Below the pieces are notes generated by a model, which worked only from the letters and a program-made list of their open reading frames with translations, made no database searches and was not told the DNA's origin. The position numbers and the translations under genes were made by a program. From Tubulanus polymorphus (lineage: Eukaryota > Animalia > Nemertea), in NCBI RefSeq assembly GCF_964204645.1, contig NC_134025.1, positions 28,128,299 to 28,192,298 on the forward strand: a stretch of 64,000 bases of DNA. Direction: 5' to 3'. Positions 28,601-41,800 of the stretch are shown piece by piece (position 1 is the stretch's first letter; each line of letters begins with the position of its first letter).

Positions 28601-31600
28601 GGTGAGCGGATATTTTCATCAATTTATCTGCAGTAGGTTTCGGGGGTGGTTTATCATCGACTTCATCTTCGTGAAGTTCGTGTAAATCAGTTTGTAAATC
28701 TACATTCACGGCTAAATTACGCCTGAACCAGGTCACTTGTTCCAGACTAGAGCCGGCGATTACGCTACACGCTTCCAATAGTTTCTGAGTTATCTCCTGT
28801 AACGAAAAAAAAAAAAACGATTAACTATCAATACACACTGGATTCCCTATTCACCTGTTTGAATCTATTGTTTGCTAGGATATCTGACCTGCACATCTTT
28901 ATGGTCTTTCTTCTCTTCGAACGATGGAGTTTTATGAATGAATTCGTTGAATATCCTACAACAACGGAATAAAATCACAATCATTCAGGTTTATCCAGTT
29001 ACCGGTAGTAGCGGCAAGTATATTTGTTGTAGACTTACACTTGTAGTAAGAATATTCCCGGTGGCACCAGATTGCTCTGTAGTCCGTCTTTCAATAAAGA
29101 TAACAATGAGGGCCATGAATCCATCAGTTGAGTGGCTGTAGTTCTCTGTACATACGCGTAGAAGAACTGTAACATACTGACTTCTAATGGCGTTCGTTTC
29201 TGTAAATATAATACATCTCGTAACTTACCGGTACCGATCTGAAGGGGTGAATCTATCTATCGCACGCGGAAGGTAGAATTTACCTTGTTTTTATCCTGAT
29301 TTGTGGGCGGTGGCTGTTTGATAACTTGTTTCACAGTTTGTATGAGAGTATCAGTCGGTAGTACTTTAATAGAGCTCACGAGATCTACTAATAACAGCTG
29401 TTCATCGCAGAATCCGGGAATAACCTACGAATACCGGTAAATCTTAATTCGTACGAATCTTTGAATTCTATACAATATGTCAACTAAGTCGTTTTCAAAC
29501 CATTCGAAATTCTGGTAGAAATCGAGTTGAATTTATACCTTTTTTAAGGTTGGTGGCGAGTTACTTTTTCTGCGATCGTTCCAAACAACGGCCATCGCGG
29601 CGAGTAAATTCACCGAGTGATGCACTGAAATCGGACTGAGGAATTCTAGTATATGTTGTCTGACCGCTTTAGGATAGCCCATCATCCACGCCGGCGGTTC
29701 GTGGTTGTCGGATATCTTAGTCTCCGACCAGTAAGTAGCCTTCCAGACCGCTGACAGACTAGCGATGATCCGTGGTAGAATACTGAGTAATCCACGTCTC
29801 GAGGAAATAACCGGAGGTAATGGACTCGTACCATCTTTTGCTGGACTCGTTTCCTAAAAAAAGTTACGCTTTCTGATAAGCTACCGCTATAGACAATTTT
29901 GTTGCGCTGACCGAGTCTCAAAATTTCATTATTCCATTATAGATTAAGACTTGATAACCATGAATGATTTCAAACTGAAATTATCTTTTTAATCCCTCAA
30001 CCCACCAAGTGCCACTTGCAGATAATTTTGGTCTCTTATGGGGACGAGAGGCCAAATTTAATCAGTTATCTCATATACTAAGTACTGGTAACTATTGTTA
30101 TTATCAATTATTGTGTTAGTACAGCATAAATAATCGGATTATAAAACCACGTGTTTTAAATATGAAGAAATATTTAAAACCACCTTTATAATCTAACATC
30201 AGATAGATCAAGCATTCAGTGTTAATTATTTGAAAAACATAGATTAGTATCAATAGAATAAAGCATATTAGGAGTTTTTGTATGAATTTACATACATATA
30301 TTTCTTTGGTGACGTTCTTCACAAAGTCTGCAATCTGCAATGTCGCAGTAAAACAAACATTCCATAGCTGGTCAACATTCAAAAAGTGACTCCACTAGGC
30401 CTAATGTGTGGATATTGTAATAAATGTGACAGGAACATAAAGTGGGAAAACATGCTTGTTTTTTGTTTCACTAAGTAAGATATCTACGGGCGAGGGTTTA
30501 AAACTACATACACGGATATATTTATGATCCAATTACATTCAATTCAGTGAGATATCGAAACTTACTCTTCCAGCTCCTTGAGGAGTGAAAACGTGTATCA
30601 GGTTACTGATGATCTGTCCCGTACTCGCGGTACTGTCCTGTATAGCTACCGTACTATGTAGCGGAACGGCTTGTCCAATTGACACCTGAGCGACGTTGTC
30701 TAACAGCGAATAATGACACAAAGTCGTTAAGCCTTCTAACATCGTTATTATGTGATCGGGCGGAACATGCTTTGGTTGACTGTTCGACCTGTAAAAACAA
30801 ACGAATACCGGTACATACGATTATACACAATATTGACAGTTTGTTACACTGATGTCTCCAAAAGAATGCTTCAACCAATTATCCATCTTCAGAGATTTGT
30901 TCGAAATAAATTGACAGTTGGTTACTTAGAAGCTTCGTAACCAACTTTTACATAACCAACTGTCTTATTAATTTTGAATAAAACTGAAGATGGGTAGAAG
31001 CAATCTATCTCCAAAACATCATTGCAACAGTTTTGCGTTATAAATCATCGATACCGAGGGTGACTAATTTAAAATGATTGCGACATATGATCATATTCAG
31101 AGCAGGTCTCGTGAGAGTGGTATGAATCGACAGAACTTACTCAGTTTTCAGATAACCGCATTCGTATTGAACGGCCAGTAATTCGATGTTTCGACACAAC
31201 TGATTCACGACAGAGATAACGATGCTTCCCAGTGAACGTCCCATATAAGGCATCGCTAACGTAATCATATTCATCCAGTGACAGTGCATGTTAGACATGT
31301 GCTGCTGTTTCAGAGCACTGAGCGCTGCCGAGATGAACATACCCTGGTAAGCAACCGGTAACGATTGCATGTAGCGAAATGTCGAGGCTTCCAGTTGAAA
31401 GTTCACTTTCGGACGTTCCCAATCGGGATTAGTGACCGGTAACGTGTCGCCTTCTCCTTTCTGAACCCGGATACAATCTTCCAGTATAATAATCACTAGT
31501 ATGAGTTTAATTAATCTAATCTGTAAAGTTTGGTTCGTATTGCAGTCCATTCCTTCTTCGTTGAACGTAATGATCGCCTCGGTTAGTCCGATATTATTCA

Positions 31601-34600
31601 TCGAATTGTTCGAACCTTTCAAACGAGCGTTATAAACGCTCGCCAACAGACAATGAAGCATCGCTTTCTGAACTTTACACCGAGCGAGCATATCGCTGAG
31701 AAACGTCGCGAAGCCTTTACCGCTGTCTTTACACAAACTGATCAATTCGGACAACAGCATCGTCAGGATCTCCGTGCTGAGTATCTGAACCTCTTTATTC
31801 GAACGCACTTCCTCCGACAGTTTACTCATCATCAGATTCGGGTAATAACCGCGAATGAAATACAAACAAATCGATATCAAAATCTCGACGTACATCGTAC
31901 TGCGGTAGCCGGACAAGGCGTCCGAGTCCAACTCGCTGAAGAAGTTCTTACCGAGTATCGAGCGCCGGTGTCGCGCTAACAGCAACTGAACCTGCTGGAA
32001 ATGAGGCGTACGCACGCTGTTCACGCCGGTCGTAGACATACTACAAATAACCAGTCTTGGATTCGCTTGTAAAATCGCTCTCAAAGTCGACAAGGCGTAT
32101 AACGTACGCTGACAGTCGTACTTCCTGAAGTACAACAGGATATGCGTGTGTAACGGATGAACGCCGGTCAGATCGGGACCGTCTTTCCGTTTGGAATCGG
32201 GCGACGTTTCTCCGTCGCTGACGTCCGGCGAATCGATCGTCGACATCGAAGCTTTATGATCGATCGTGTCGAGGAAGTCGTCGACGCTGTTGTTCGAGCC
32301 GGTGCTGAACGTTCTCTGTTTCGACACCTCCGTGCTGCACGTCTGTAACTCGATCGCTTCGTTCGCTTCGATCTCGTCGAACACGCGACGCACGAGATCG
32401 TCGACGATGCTCTTCGCGATCGCTTCGACGTTTTCGTCTTCCGGTTCGGCCGGCTCGGCGATTTCGTCGATCTCCGTCTGTTCGTCGGCGTCTTCGTCGT
32501 CGAAACTGATGCCCTCTTTCTGGCACGTGTCTTTGTCGAGACGTTTGATATTTCGTAGGTTCGGAAAGTCGGATTTCGGCGGCGTGTAACCGTCGAATAT
32601 GATCCGATCGAGCGAAGTCTCCGATCCGAACGGATTCACTCTCAGGTTCAGATCGTCCGGATTAACTCTTTCGAACAGTAGATCGTCGTTCGCCGCTCGA
32701 CTCGAACAGATTTTCGTCGCTCCGTCTACAGCTGTCGTCAACGTCAATGTTTGTAATTCTTCGGCTTTTTTCTTCGTAATAGTTTGACCCTTCGCGCTGA
32801 CGTGATAGATCACATTCCCTCCTTCGTTACTTATAGCGAATATTCGAGCTTCCGATAAGTCGTTGCTGTCTACCGTATTCTCGTTGTTATCGTCTTTCAA
32901 ACAGACTTTTCGTTGATCCAGAACATTTACGTGTTGTATGGAAATCCTGAAATGAATAACAAGTCAATGCTATACTACAACTACGGATAAGAAGGATTAC
33001 TGTATGATCAACTTGTTGATCTCAAACTTCCAAATCTAAAATTCCCTGATATTTCCCTGACCCTTGACCAAAAGATTCCCTCATTAAGTTATCTTATAAG
33101 ATATCCTCAGTGGGGGCAGTTTCTTCTCAAGTGGTTCCTTGTATCACTAACAAGAACTGAACCAAAAATTCAAATTTCCTGATTTTCAAATAATCATTTG
33201 AGAATGAGAATTCCCTGATTTTCCTGCAGGGGAGAATAAAGGAATTAGAACCCTGACTATAGATAGGACTATGACATAATTAAGTTGTAGATCTGAATGT
33301 TTTTCTAGTACCTGGCAGTATCGGGATTTAAAAGCATCAGTAAAATAGGCTCAAGAATGCGGGCGATATCACCACGTTGTATCGCATGAGTCATCCAACT
33401 ATGAGTTAAAGACTTCGTCGTACTAATATCGCTCTGTAAACTGTCCAGAATGACGAACATAGATCTGTCGAACGTTCGCGGAGGCATTCCGAGCATCGAT
33501 TTCGGTTTCTGACTGCGAGTCAAGTGCCACAACAACGCGAACTTCTTATACGCCTTGATTCTCAACGACTGAAATTATTAATGTAAACATTGAGAACAAA
33601 CTGGGGTAGGGCTACGATACATAACGTGTAATATAAAGTATCGTACCATATCATCGGATACAAGATCATGTCCAATTACATCTTCACATGTCCAGATAGA
33701 TGGTGACAGTTGATGTAACTGGTAAATCAGTTCTACCGCTCTTTGGTGAAAATCCGGTGTACAGTCGTCCAAATAACCCCACAACTTCGACGCAACTACC
33801 TGAAATGTGGAGTACAATTTAGTTTGAGTTCCTATCGCAAAATAGTAGAGATTATACAGTTCATTATTACCGACCCAATAGAATGGCGTATGTCTATTGA
33901 TGTGGATGAGAATTGATGGAGCTAAAGATGGTAAAATAAGGACGGATACAGTCCCTTCCGACGATCCACGATTCTTAGCGTAATCCTGTCCAGCTCCGAT
34001 CACCGACTGAGTTAATGAGATTAGATCGAGAATGCTCGATACTGACGCCGTTTGAATATCAAAGTTTTCAACGAAACAGCAACACGATATCAGAGCCTGT
34101 AACCAATCTGGAAATGTAACTTCATCACCTGCAAACAGAATACATACCGTATACACTTTAAACTATACTAATCACCGGTATCTTCCAAATCTGAACATAA
34201 AAGTCGTAGCTAACTAAATACCTCCTTTCATAGTATGGTCCAGAACACGATTATGGTCCGTACAATAAATAGGGAATGTCGAGAAATCAACGAGAAGTTG
34301 ACAAGCACGTGAATACGCTTCTTTACATTCATTGGTCACTTTCACCATACACGAATCGAGTGGTTCTAAAATTCAGTAATAGCAGGCACAATTAGGTATA
34401 TATAATATACCGAATTATAGTTACTGAATCTAGTTCCGCAGCCAGTTGATTCAAGTTTAGATTTGAATTCAAATCACAACTTTAGACATGGTGACCACTT
34501 TCCGCCCATTTACAAATTCCCTGAATTTGCTCTGATTTTTCCATGTGATTAAAAAAAATTTCCTCGAGTGAAACAGAGAAATTTCTAGGTTAAAAATGTT

Positions 34601-37600
34601 ACAATTCATTCAATTTTCATTGAATCATGTACTGATAAAGAAACGCGTGGTCAATAGCATTATCCGAATTTCCCGAGTTTTCCAGGTTTTTTGGTAAAAT
34701 TTGTCAAATTCCCCGAGTTTTCCTTGATTTTTCTGATTCCCTAAGATATCCAGGTTTTCAAGGTCAGTGACCGCCCTGTTAGAACTGGGCTCTAAATTCA
34801 TCCCCATCTTTCTCTACGTACCGATCTTAATTTCGGGCGGTTTTTTCTCGTTGCACACGTCGATACTGTCGCGTAGGAAATTACTCATCGCGTTTTTCAC
34901 GATGTGTTTATCGGTGAATATACGCTCGGTGACGAAAGTATAGTAGAACTTCTGGAAACACTGGACGCAAGCTTGAATCAACGTCGTCGGATTCACGCCG
35001 TTCGAACTGGTTGAAATCAAATGCGATCGTTGTTGTTGTACGCGAGGAATAACTTTAGCCGGAGAATCGATGTCACTTTCCGCGCTGAGGAATGTTTCGC
35101 TTTCCGTCATTTCGGGCGACTTCGACGAGTCTCGTTCGTTGTTGGAAATGTCGCCGTTTCGCGGATCTTTCTCCGTGTACTCGAGCGACGCTTTCTCGGT
35201 GACGTCGTCGAGCTCGTCGGCCATTACGGCCATCGACGGCTGAACTTTCGTCAAGATTTTGCTGCAGAATTCGAGGCTGCGAGTAATTTCTTGGTATGTA
35301 AGGAATGCGCAGTTTTCCTGTAACGTGTTCGCGATACGTCGTAGTAAATCTGGTAGATATTCCGTCTGAGTTTCTGTGTACGTTTCCTGTTAAAAACAAA
35401 TAAATGAATAAATAACACGTTTAAAATACAAAATATCATCAAAAATAGAATCAACTCTGCTCAAGTCTGAATATTTTTGGGTGGTGAAAATTCTTATCCG
35501 ACCGGAAAGCGATATTTGTATCATTAATACTGTAGTTCATCTTCTCTATTTGAGTACCGATTTATACTTCCATTTCAATTTACCGGTACATAATGTAAGT
35601 CATCATTTGGATAAGTCATCAGCATAACAGTCGTCCACACTATGAGATATTCTAACCAATATCCGAGTTGATAAGAGCATACTATTAACTTACCAGTGAA
35701 ACTTTTTCGAGCAGAAAATCCACTAATTCGCACAGCTCTAGAATCGTAAGACCTTGCGTGTTCGTTTTAAAATGTCTATCACAGGCTTCTTCGCAAACTT
35801 GTTCGAATTTCCGCGCGATGTTATCCCATAAATAATACGGCTCGAATGTACCGAACAGCAGATTCGCCGTTTTAATGATTTCGGTCGCGTTTTTCTCCTG
35901 CCGGGCGATCGCGTCGCGGTTTCGTTTGTTCGACCGATTGCCGCAGAGTTTGTTCAGTTTTTGCGCCGAGTCGTCGGTTTTCAGGCGGAAAACCGACGCG
36001 CATTCGCGATACAAACACCGGAACACGTCGATCAGCAAGTCTTCTACGATCACCGAACCGATTTCCGGTTTGTCCAATAAACTAATCAAAATACGAAACG
36101 GACGTAAGCTCGTCAGAATACGAGGCGGAACTTTATTTTCGAGATCGTTCTTTTGAGCGAATGAAACTCGTACGGCGTGCAGCAGCAATTCACGCGAATA
36201 CGTATTGAAATACTTCTCGCTTTCGGCTTGGTTTTTCTGAGCGGCGCTGCCCGAACTCGCCGGAATACCGAGCAACCACGCGAACAGACGTCGGTTTAAA
36301 GACATATCGCGGCGTAGCACGACGTTAACGACCGCTATCACAATATGAGTCATATCCTCTTTAGTCAGTTGACTGTTGTGCATCGGAAACCCGAGCAGCA
36401 GGAAATCTAACAAACATCTTTGCACTAGAACGCTACTGTCCTGAACTGTTTCGCAAATAGCTTTCACCTAAAAATAACGGATGACTTTCAGTATGCAAAA
36501 AGTAACAAACATACATAAACAGATATGATTATTATGATTATCTAAATTCCTTAATATAAACGCCCAGATGAAACCATCCATTTCAATTTAATTAAATTTT
36601 CATAAGTGTTGGATAAATTAGTGTTACTTGTGATAAATGAAATCAAGTATTTTAGAATAAGGATAAATTGTTTTTCAATGCAAATATTATCAAGATTAAA
36701 CAGGTAAATGCTGATTTCCAACAGCGAAAGCTGGCATTCTGTTGTACGACAACACACAGTGACACATCGAAGCGGACAAAAATAGGCTGAAAAGCCTTCT
36801 AAACATCCGTCAATTGATGATGATGATGACAAAGTAACCACTGAGTTATCTAGAATTACCATTGTGTCGATGTTTGTGCCGATGAAATGGAGTTGATCTT
36901 CCATCGTTTGTTTGCGGTTGTAATGCGACGTAACGAACGTAACGGCAGCCAGACGGATACTCGGACATATCAGGACACATTCCCACAAACAACCATAGAA
37001 AAATGTCTCCTCAGCAGCCTTACAAAACAGTTCCAGCAGATTATTAGTTCTGAAAATAAACATATATATATCAGATCTACTATTGATGAAGCACTATATC
37101 TTTAGGAATGCTTAAAAGACTTATTGGCAATCATTTGATACAGTAAAAGAACATTTTCTCACTGATAATGGCAATGGCTGGTACAACCAAAAATACCGTA
37201 GCTGGCAAGGCAACCAACTTTTTGAGAGACTTAAGTATCTTCGGCGAGACAAAAATTAACCCAAATCCTACCTCTCATAATATTCTGATCCTTCTTCTAA
37301 ACCCGGTAATAAACCGAGTAATAGCCCAGTCAATCCAGGCTTGATACTTTTGCCTAACGGGACGAAGTAGTTCTCATACAGTCCGAGTAGAGACGGCTTC
37401 ACATTCATCGCGGCGTACGCCAACAGAGGAAACAATCCAGCGCTGTAAATAAACAGATCCTGACCGAGATGTTTCGATCCGATCGACTTGAAGATTATTT
37501 CGTATGTCTCCAATGCTTTCAGGTGAACACCGCTCGGTAATGCCGGATGAAGACATTGAGCGAGTCGTTTTCCAATTATCACTTTACGCGGAACAACTGG

Positions 37601-38121
37601 GTATTTCACGTGAGCTAACAGCACCTTTGAAATATACAAGAAGATGAATTACAACATTTGACAAATTATACGTCTATCAGTTGAATAAAAAAGTTCCACA
37701 ATAGAATTAAATACAATAAAAAATTTATAAAGATTTCAAAGATTTATAAAACTGAAACCATTTCATTTTGATAAATCCTCCAAATTTCATCTCATAAAAT
37801 TCGATTTTCGGAAATTTTTATTTAAAATTGTCTGCAGTTGAGACGGATTAGTGTTTTATTCAACTAATTCAACTCTATCCGCTGATAAAAGCTTAGACAG
37901 AACATGCAGAGCCGACACAGATATAAGACTAACTAATGACATAATTTTCCGACTCGTTGGAAGCCGTTGAATACCTTATTAAGTTTCCCTAAAGCCGAGA
38001 TGAGATCGGCCCATTCACTCGTGTTTTCAAAACTCTTCAAAGCTTTTTCGACTTGAGATGTGTAGACTCTATACTTTGAATCACTGAGGAATTCACATTC
38101 ATCAGGTGATAAAGAACTCAT
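25611..38121 (-). CDS. DOP1: Protein dopey-1 (DOP1 leucine zipper-like protein), about 24 coding exons
   Basis: N-terminus ...[36 protein letters not shown], then [105 protein letters not shown] and [17 protein letters not shown]. Canonical splice sites, e.g. exons 38121-37975, 37624-37272, 37049-36860, 36467-35694, 35386-34822, about 32946-31140; last exon ends at TAA 25611. Confidence 0.96.
27438..27724 (+). mobile_element. tRNA-derived SINE with CORE-like centre and L2-LINE-type 3' tail, antisense in a DOP1 intron
   Basis: A box TGGCTTAGTGG (27455), B box GTTCGAAACC (27499), CORE-like GTGTCCTGAGGCAAGGCATTAATTC, 3' stem-loop AGCGCTTTGAG...GAAAGGCGCTATATAA, then a (TTA)n tail. Confidence 0.9.
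28006..28271. mobile_element. MITE, CAGGGTGGCCACT-type TIR, 5-bp TSD CTGTT
   Basis: CTGTT|CAGCGTGGTCATT ... AGTGGCTACCTTG|CTGTT. The interior is homologous to 34487-34778 (AAATTTCTAGGTT, TGATAAAG, AAAATTTGTCAAATT). Confidence 0.8.
33020..33255. mobile_element. Degenerate related MITE fragment (AATTCCCTGA subrepeats, ...GAACCCTG end)
   Basis: Several ATTCCCTGA motifs and a right end whose reverse complement is CAGGGTTCT. The left terminus and TSD were not found. Confidence 0.45.
34487..34778. mobile_element. MITE, same family as 28006-28271, 5-bp TSD TTAGA
   Basis: TTAGA|CATGGTGACCACT ... AGTGACCGCCCTG|TTAGA. Confidence 0.8.
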
Positions 38122-38869
38122 CTTTAAATTAGCAACTCATCAACCTACAAGATGCAAAGTCAAACATCACTGCTAAAAATGTTTAACTAGTATTTCATAT
38201 ATATGGTATGCACTTTTGGCATGCACAATTATCTGAAATATGCTTCATTCTTGTATTGAACCCTTTTAAAATAGGCTATAGAAATTCATTTCATATACAT
38301 CGAAAAAAAATTACTTGAAAAAAGAAACTGTCAAAAAGACAAAATGTCAGAAAACGAACCAGGAAGTGTCAAAATTTATTTTTCAAACTAAAACTTCAGA
38401 AAGATTTAACAATACCTACATTCACCAGTTTAATTACAGACAGTCACATATATATATATGAAGTTCAATCTATCATTGTTCAGAAATAGATTAAACATGG
38501 AGTATCATAATTTTCATCGATAAATAAGTAAAAATCATCAGTTTTATTGGCCCTGACTTCATCAGCAGATCATCCATATTAGGAGTAAACAGTATACAAT
38601 GTTAGTAAGTAAGGACAACTCCGACCGACCGGAGCCGAGCGGAAACCGAGCCGACCAGATACTAAAAACTATATGGACCTAATATATACTCAAAGAATTA
38701 CATAGTTTTATCAATACATAGTTTTATCAGGCCTACACGCCATTAAAATGTGGGCCTAGAATTAAGAAATGTTAGTGCGCGTTGTTTAACTGACTCTGCT
38801 GTATGGGAAATAGTTGCCCTAACCCGGAAATAAAATATTTCGAGCTCATAAGCCAAGGTGAGAAAATTT

Positions 38870-41800
38870 CATCTAGGGCAATCTTAAGACCTGCTGCATA
38901 TGGCGTCACAAGCCCCGAGGCTTGTCACGCCATATTGGGGCCTGACACGCCATGTGGTAAACGTAAAATGAAAATCAAATCCTATGCATGAGATGAAACG
39001 TCGACTAAGTCTCGCGGGTTTTTCTTCCGAAGTTGAAATATTCGGTTGGATATTAATTTGTCTTAGATGATTAACAACGTATTATATATACATAATAAGA
39101 ACTACATATTACATCGCATTTACACTAAAATGAGTTTTACAGAATAGAAATTGATCGTTGTTTGTTAATCTAATGCAGTGTACACACATTTTGAAACACA
39201 ATTTAAACAATCATATATTTCGCCAGCATATGAAAAATACAAAAACATTACATATATATCTACTGAATGAGTTTTACAGGATAAAGATTTTAATTAACTA
39301 TCTTACATTTCAATGAATCATTCATCTATTTCACATGATTTGTTGATCAATTAGTCTTAGAAGAACATGGATAATGTTAGAAAAACATATATGGTGAGCC
39401 AGGCTCCAATCTAGTGTGATCTGCAGTCATATGGCTCCTAAAATCGCTAAGCCTTCTACATGGCGTGTCAGGCCCCAAATGTTCTGCAGCCAATATGGCG
39501 TGTCAAGAGCCCCAAATTGTCTGCAGAATAGCTTCAATAATTGAAACATGGTTTGTCGAACGGTTTTCTATGGAAGCAATTAAATTATATCTTTAGTTTC
39601 AATTAGTTATATATTGTTCATGATTTGATAATCACAAAGCAAATACTGCTAGAAAAACCGCGATTTGTCTTCTATATGGCGTGTCAAGCCCCGAATGTTC
39701 TGCAGCCAATATGGCGTGTCAGGCCCCGAATGGTCTGCAGAATAGCTTCAATTGAAACATGGCGTGAGAGGACCCGATCAGTTTTCCTATAATTGTCACT
39801 AATTATCATAAATATTCAAAGATTTATCATTCTACATGGTTTGTCAATCATTTAGACTTAGAAAGAAAGCAAATATTGTTTCAAAAATAGCTCCTCAAAT
39901 CACGCTGTCTTCTACATGGCGTGTCAGGCCCCAAACGGTCTGCAGCCAATATGGCGTGTCAGTCCCCAAACGGTCTGCAGAATAGCTTCAATTGAGATAT
40001 GGCGTGAGAGGACCCGAACGATTTTCCGTACAAACAAATGAATAATTGTCACTAATTATCATAAATATTCAAAGATTTATCATTCTACGTGGATTGTCAA
40101 TCATTTAGACTTAGAAAAAAAGGCAAATATTGTTTCAAAAAGCTCCTCAAATCACGCTGTCTTTCACATGGCGTGTCAGGCCCCAAATGTTCTGCAGTCA
40201 ATATGGCGTGTCAGGCCCCAAACGGTCTGCAGAATAGCTTCAATTGAGACATGGCGTGAGAAGACCCGAACGATTTTCCGTACAAACAAATGAATAATTG
40301 TCATTGATTATCATAAATATTCAAAGATTTATCATTCTACGTGGATTGTCAATCATTTAGACTCAAAACAAAAGGCAAATATTGTTTCAAAAAGCTCCTA
40401 AAATCACGCTGTCTTCTACATGGCGTGTCAAGCCCCAAACGGTCTGCAGAATAACTTCAATTGAGACATGGCGTGAGAGGACCCGATCGATTTTCCGTAC
40501 AAACAAATGAATAATTGTCATTAATTATCGTAAATATTCAAAGATTTATCATTCTCCGTGGATTGTCAGTCATTTAGACTCAGAAAAAAAGGCAAATATT
40601 GTTTCAAAAATAGCTCCTAAAATCACGCTGTCTTTCACATGGCGTGTCAGGCCCCAAATGTTCTGCAGCCAATATGGCGTGTCAGGCCCCAAACGGTCTG
40701 CAGAATAGCTTCAATTGAGACATGGCGTGAGAAGACCCGAACGATTTTCCGTACAAATAAATGAATAATTGTCATTGATTATCATAAATATTCAAAGATT
40801 TATCATTCTACGTGGATTGTCAATCATTTAGACTTAGAACAAAAGGCAAATATTGTTTCAAAAAGCTCCTAAAATCACGCTGTCTTCTACATGGCGTGTC
40901 AAGCCCCAAACGGTCTGCAGTCAATATGGCGTGTCAGGCCCCAAACGATTTTCCGTACAAACAAATGAATAATTGTCATTAATTATCATAAATATTCAAA
41001 GATTTATCAGTTTGTCAATCATTTAGACTTAGAAAAAAGGCAAATATTGTTTCAAAAAGCTCCTCGAATCACGCTGTCTTCTACATGGCGTGTCAGGCCC
41101 CAAATGTTCTGCAGTCAATATGGCGTGTCAGGCCCCAAACGGTCTGCAGAATAGCTTCAATTGAGACATGGCGTGAGAAGACCCGAATGATTTTCCGTAC
41201 AAACTAATGAATAATTGTCATTAATTATCATAAATATTCAAAGATTTATCATTCTCCGTGGATTGTCAGTCATTTAGACTCAGAAAAAAGGCAAATATTG
41301 TTTCAAAAATAGCTCCTCAAATCACGCTGTCTTTCACATGGCGTGTCAGGCCCCAAATGTTCTGCAGCCAATATGGCGTGTCAGGCCCCAAACGGTCTGC
41401 AGAATAGCTTCAATTGAGACATGGCGTGAGAAGACCCGAACGATTTTCCGTATAAATAAATGAATAATTGTCATTGATTATCATAAATATTCAAAGATTT
41501 ATCATTCTACGTGGATTGTCAATCATTTAGACTCAGAACAAAAGGCAAATATTGTTTCAAAAAGCTCCTAAAATCACGCTGTCTTCTACATGGCGTGTCA
41601 AGCCCCAAACGGTCTGCAGTCAATATGGCGTGTCAGGCCCCAAACCATTTTCCGTACAAACAAATGAATAATTGTCATTAATTATCATAAATATTCAAAG
41701 ATTTATCAGTTTGTCAATCATTTAGACTTAGAAAAAAGGCAAATATTGTTTCAAAAAGCTCCTCGAATCACGCTGTCTTCTACATGGCGTGTCAGGCCCC

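Noticed and set aside
31653-32787. Antisense and alternate-frame ORFs overlapping the large DOP1 exon (also 35021-36156)
   Set aside because: Shadow ORFs expected from CG-rich codon usage; no recognisable domains.
38803-38991. 62-aa ORF across the left end of the large element
   Set aside because: It spans the flank/TIR junction and has no motifs; a chance ORF.
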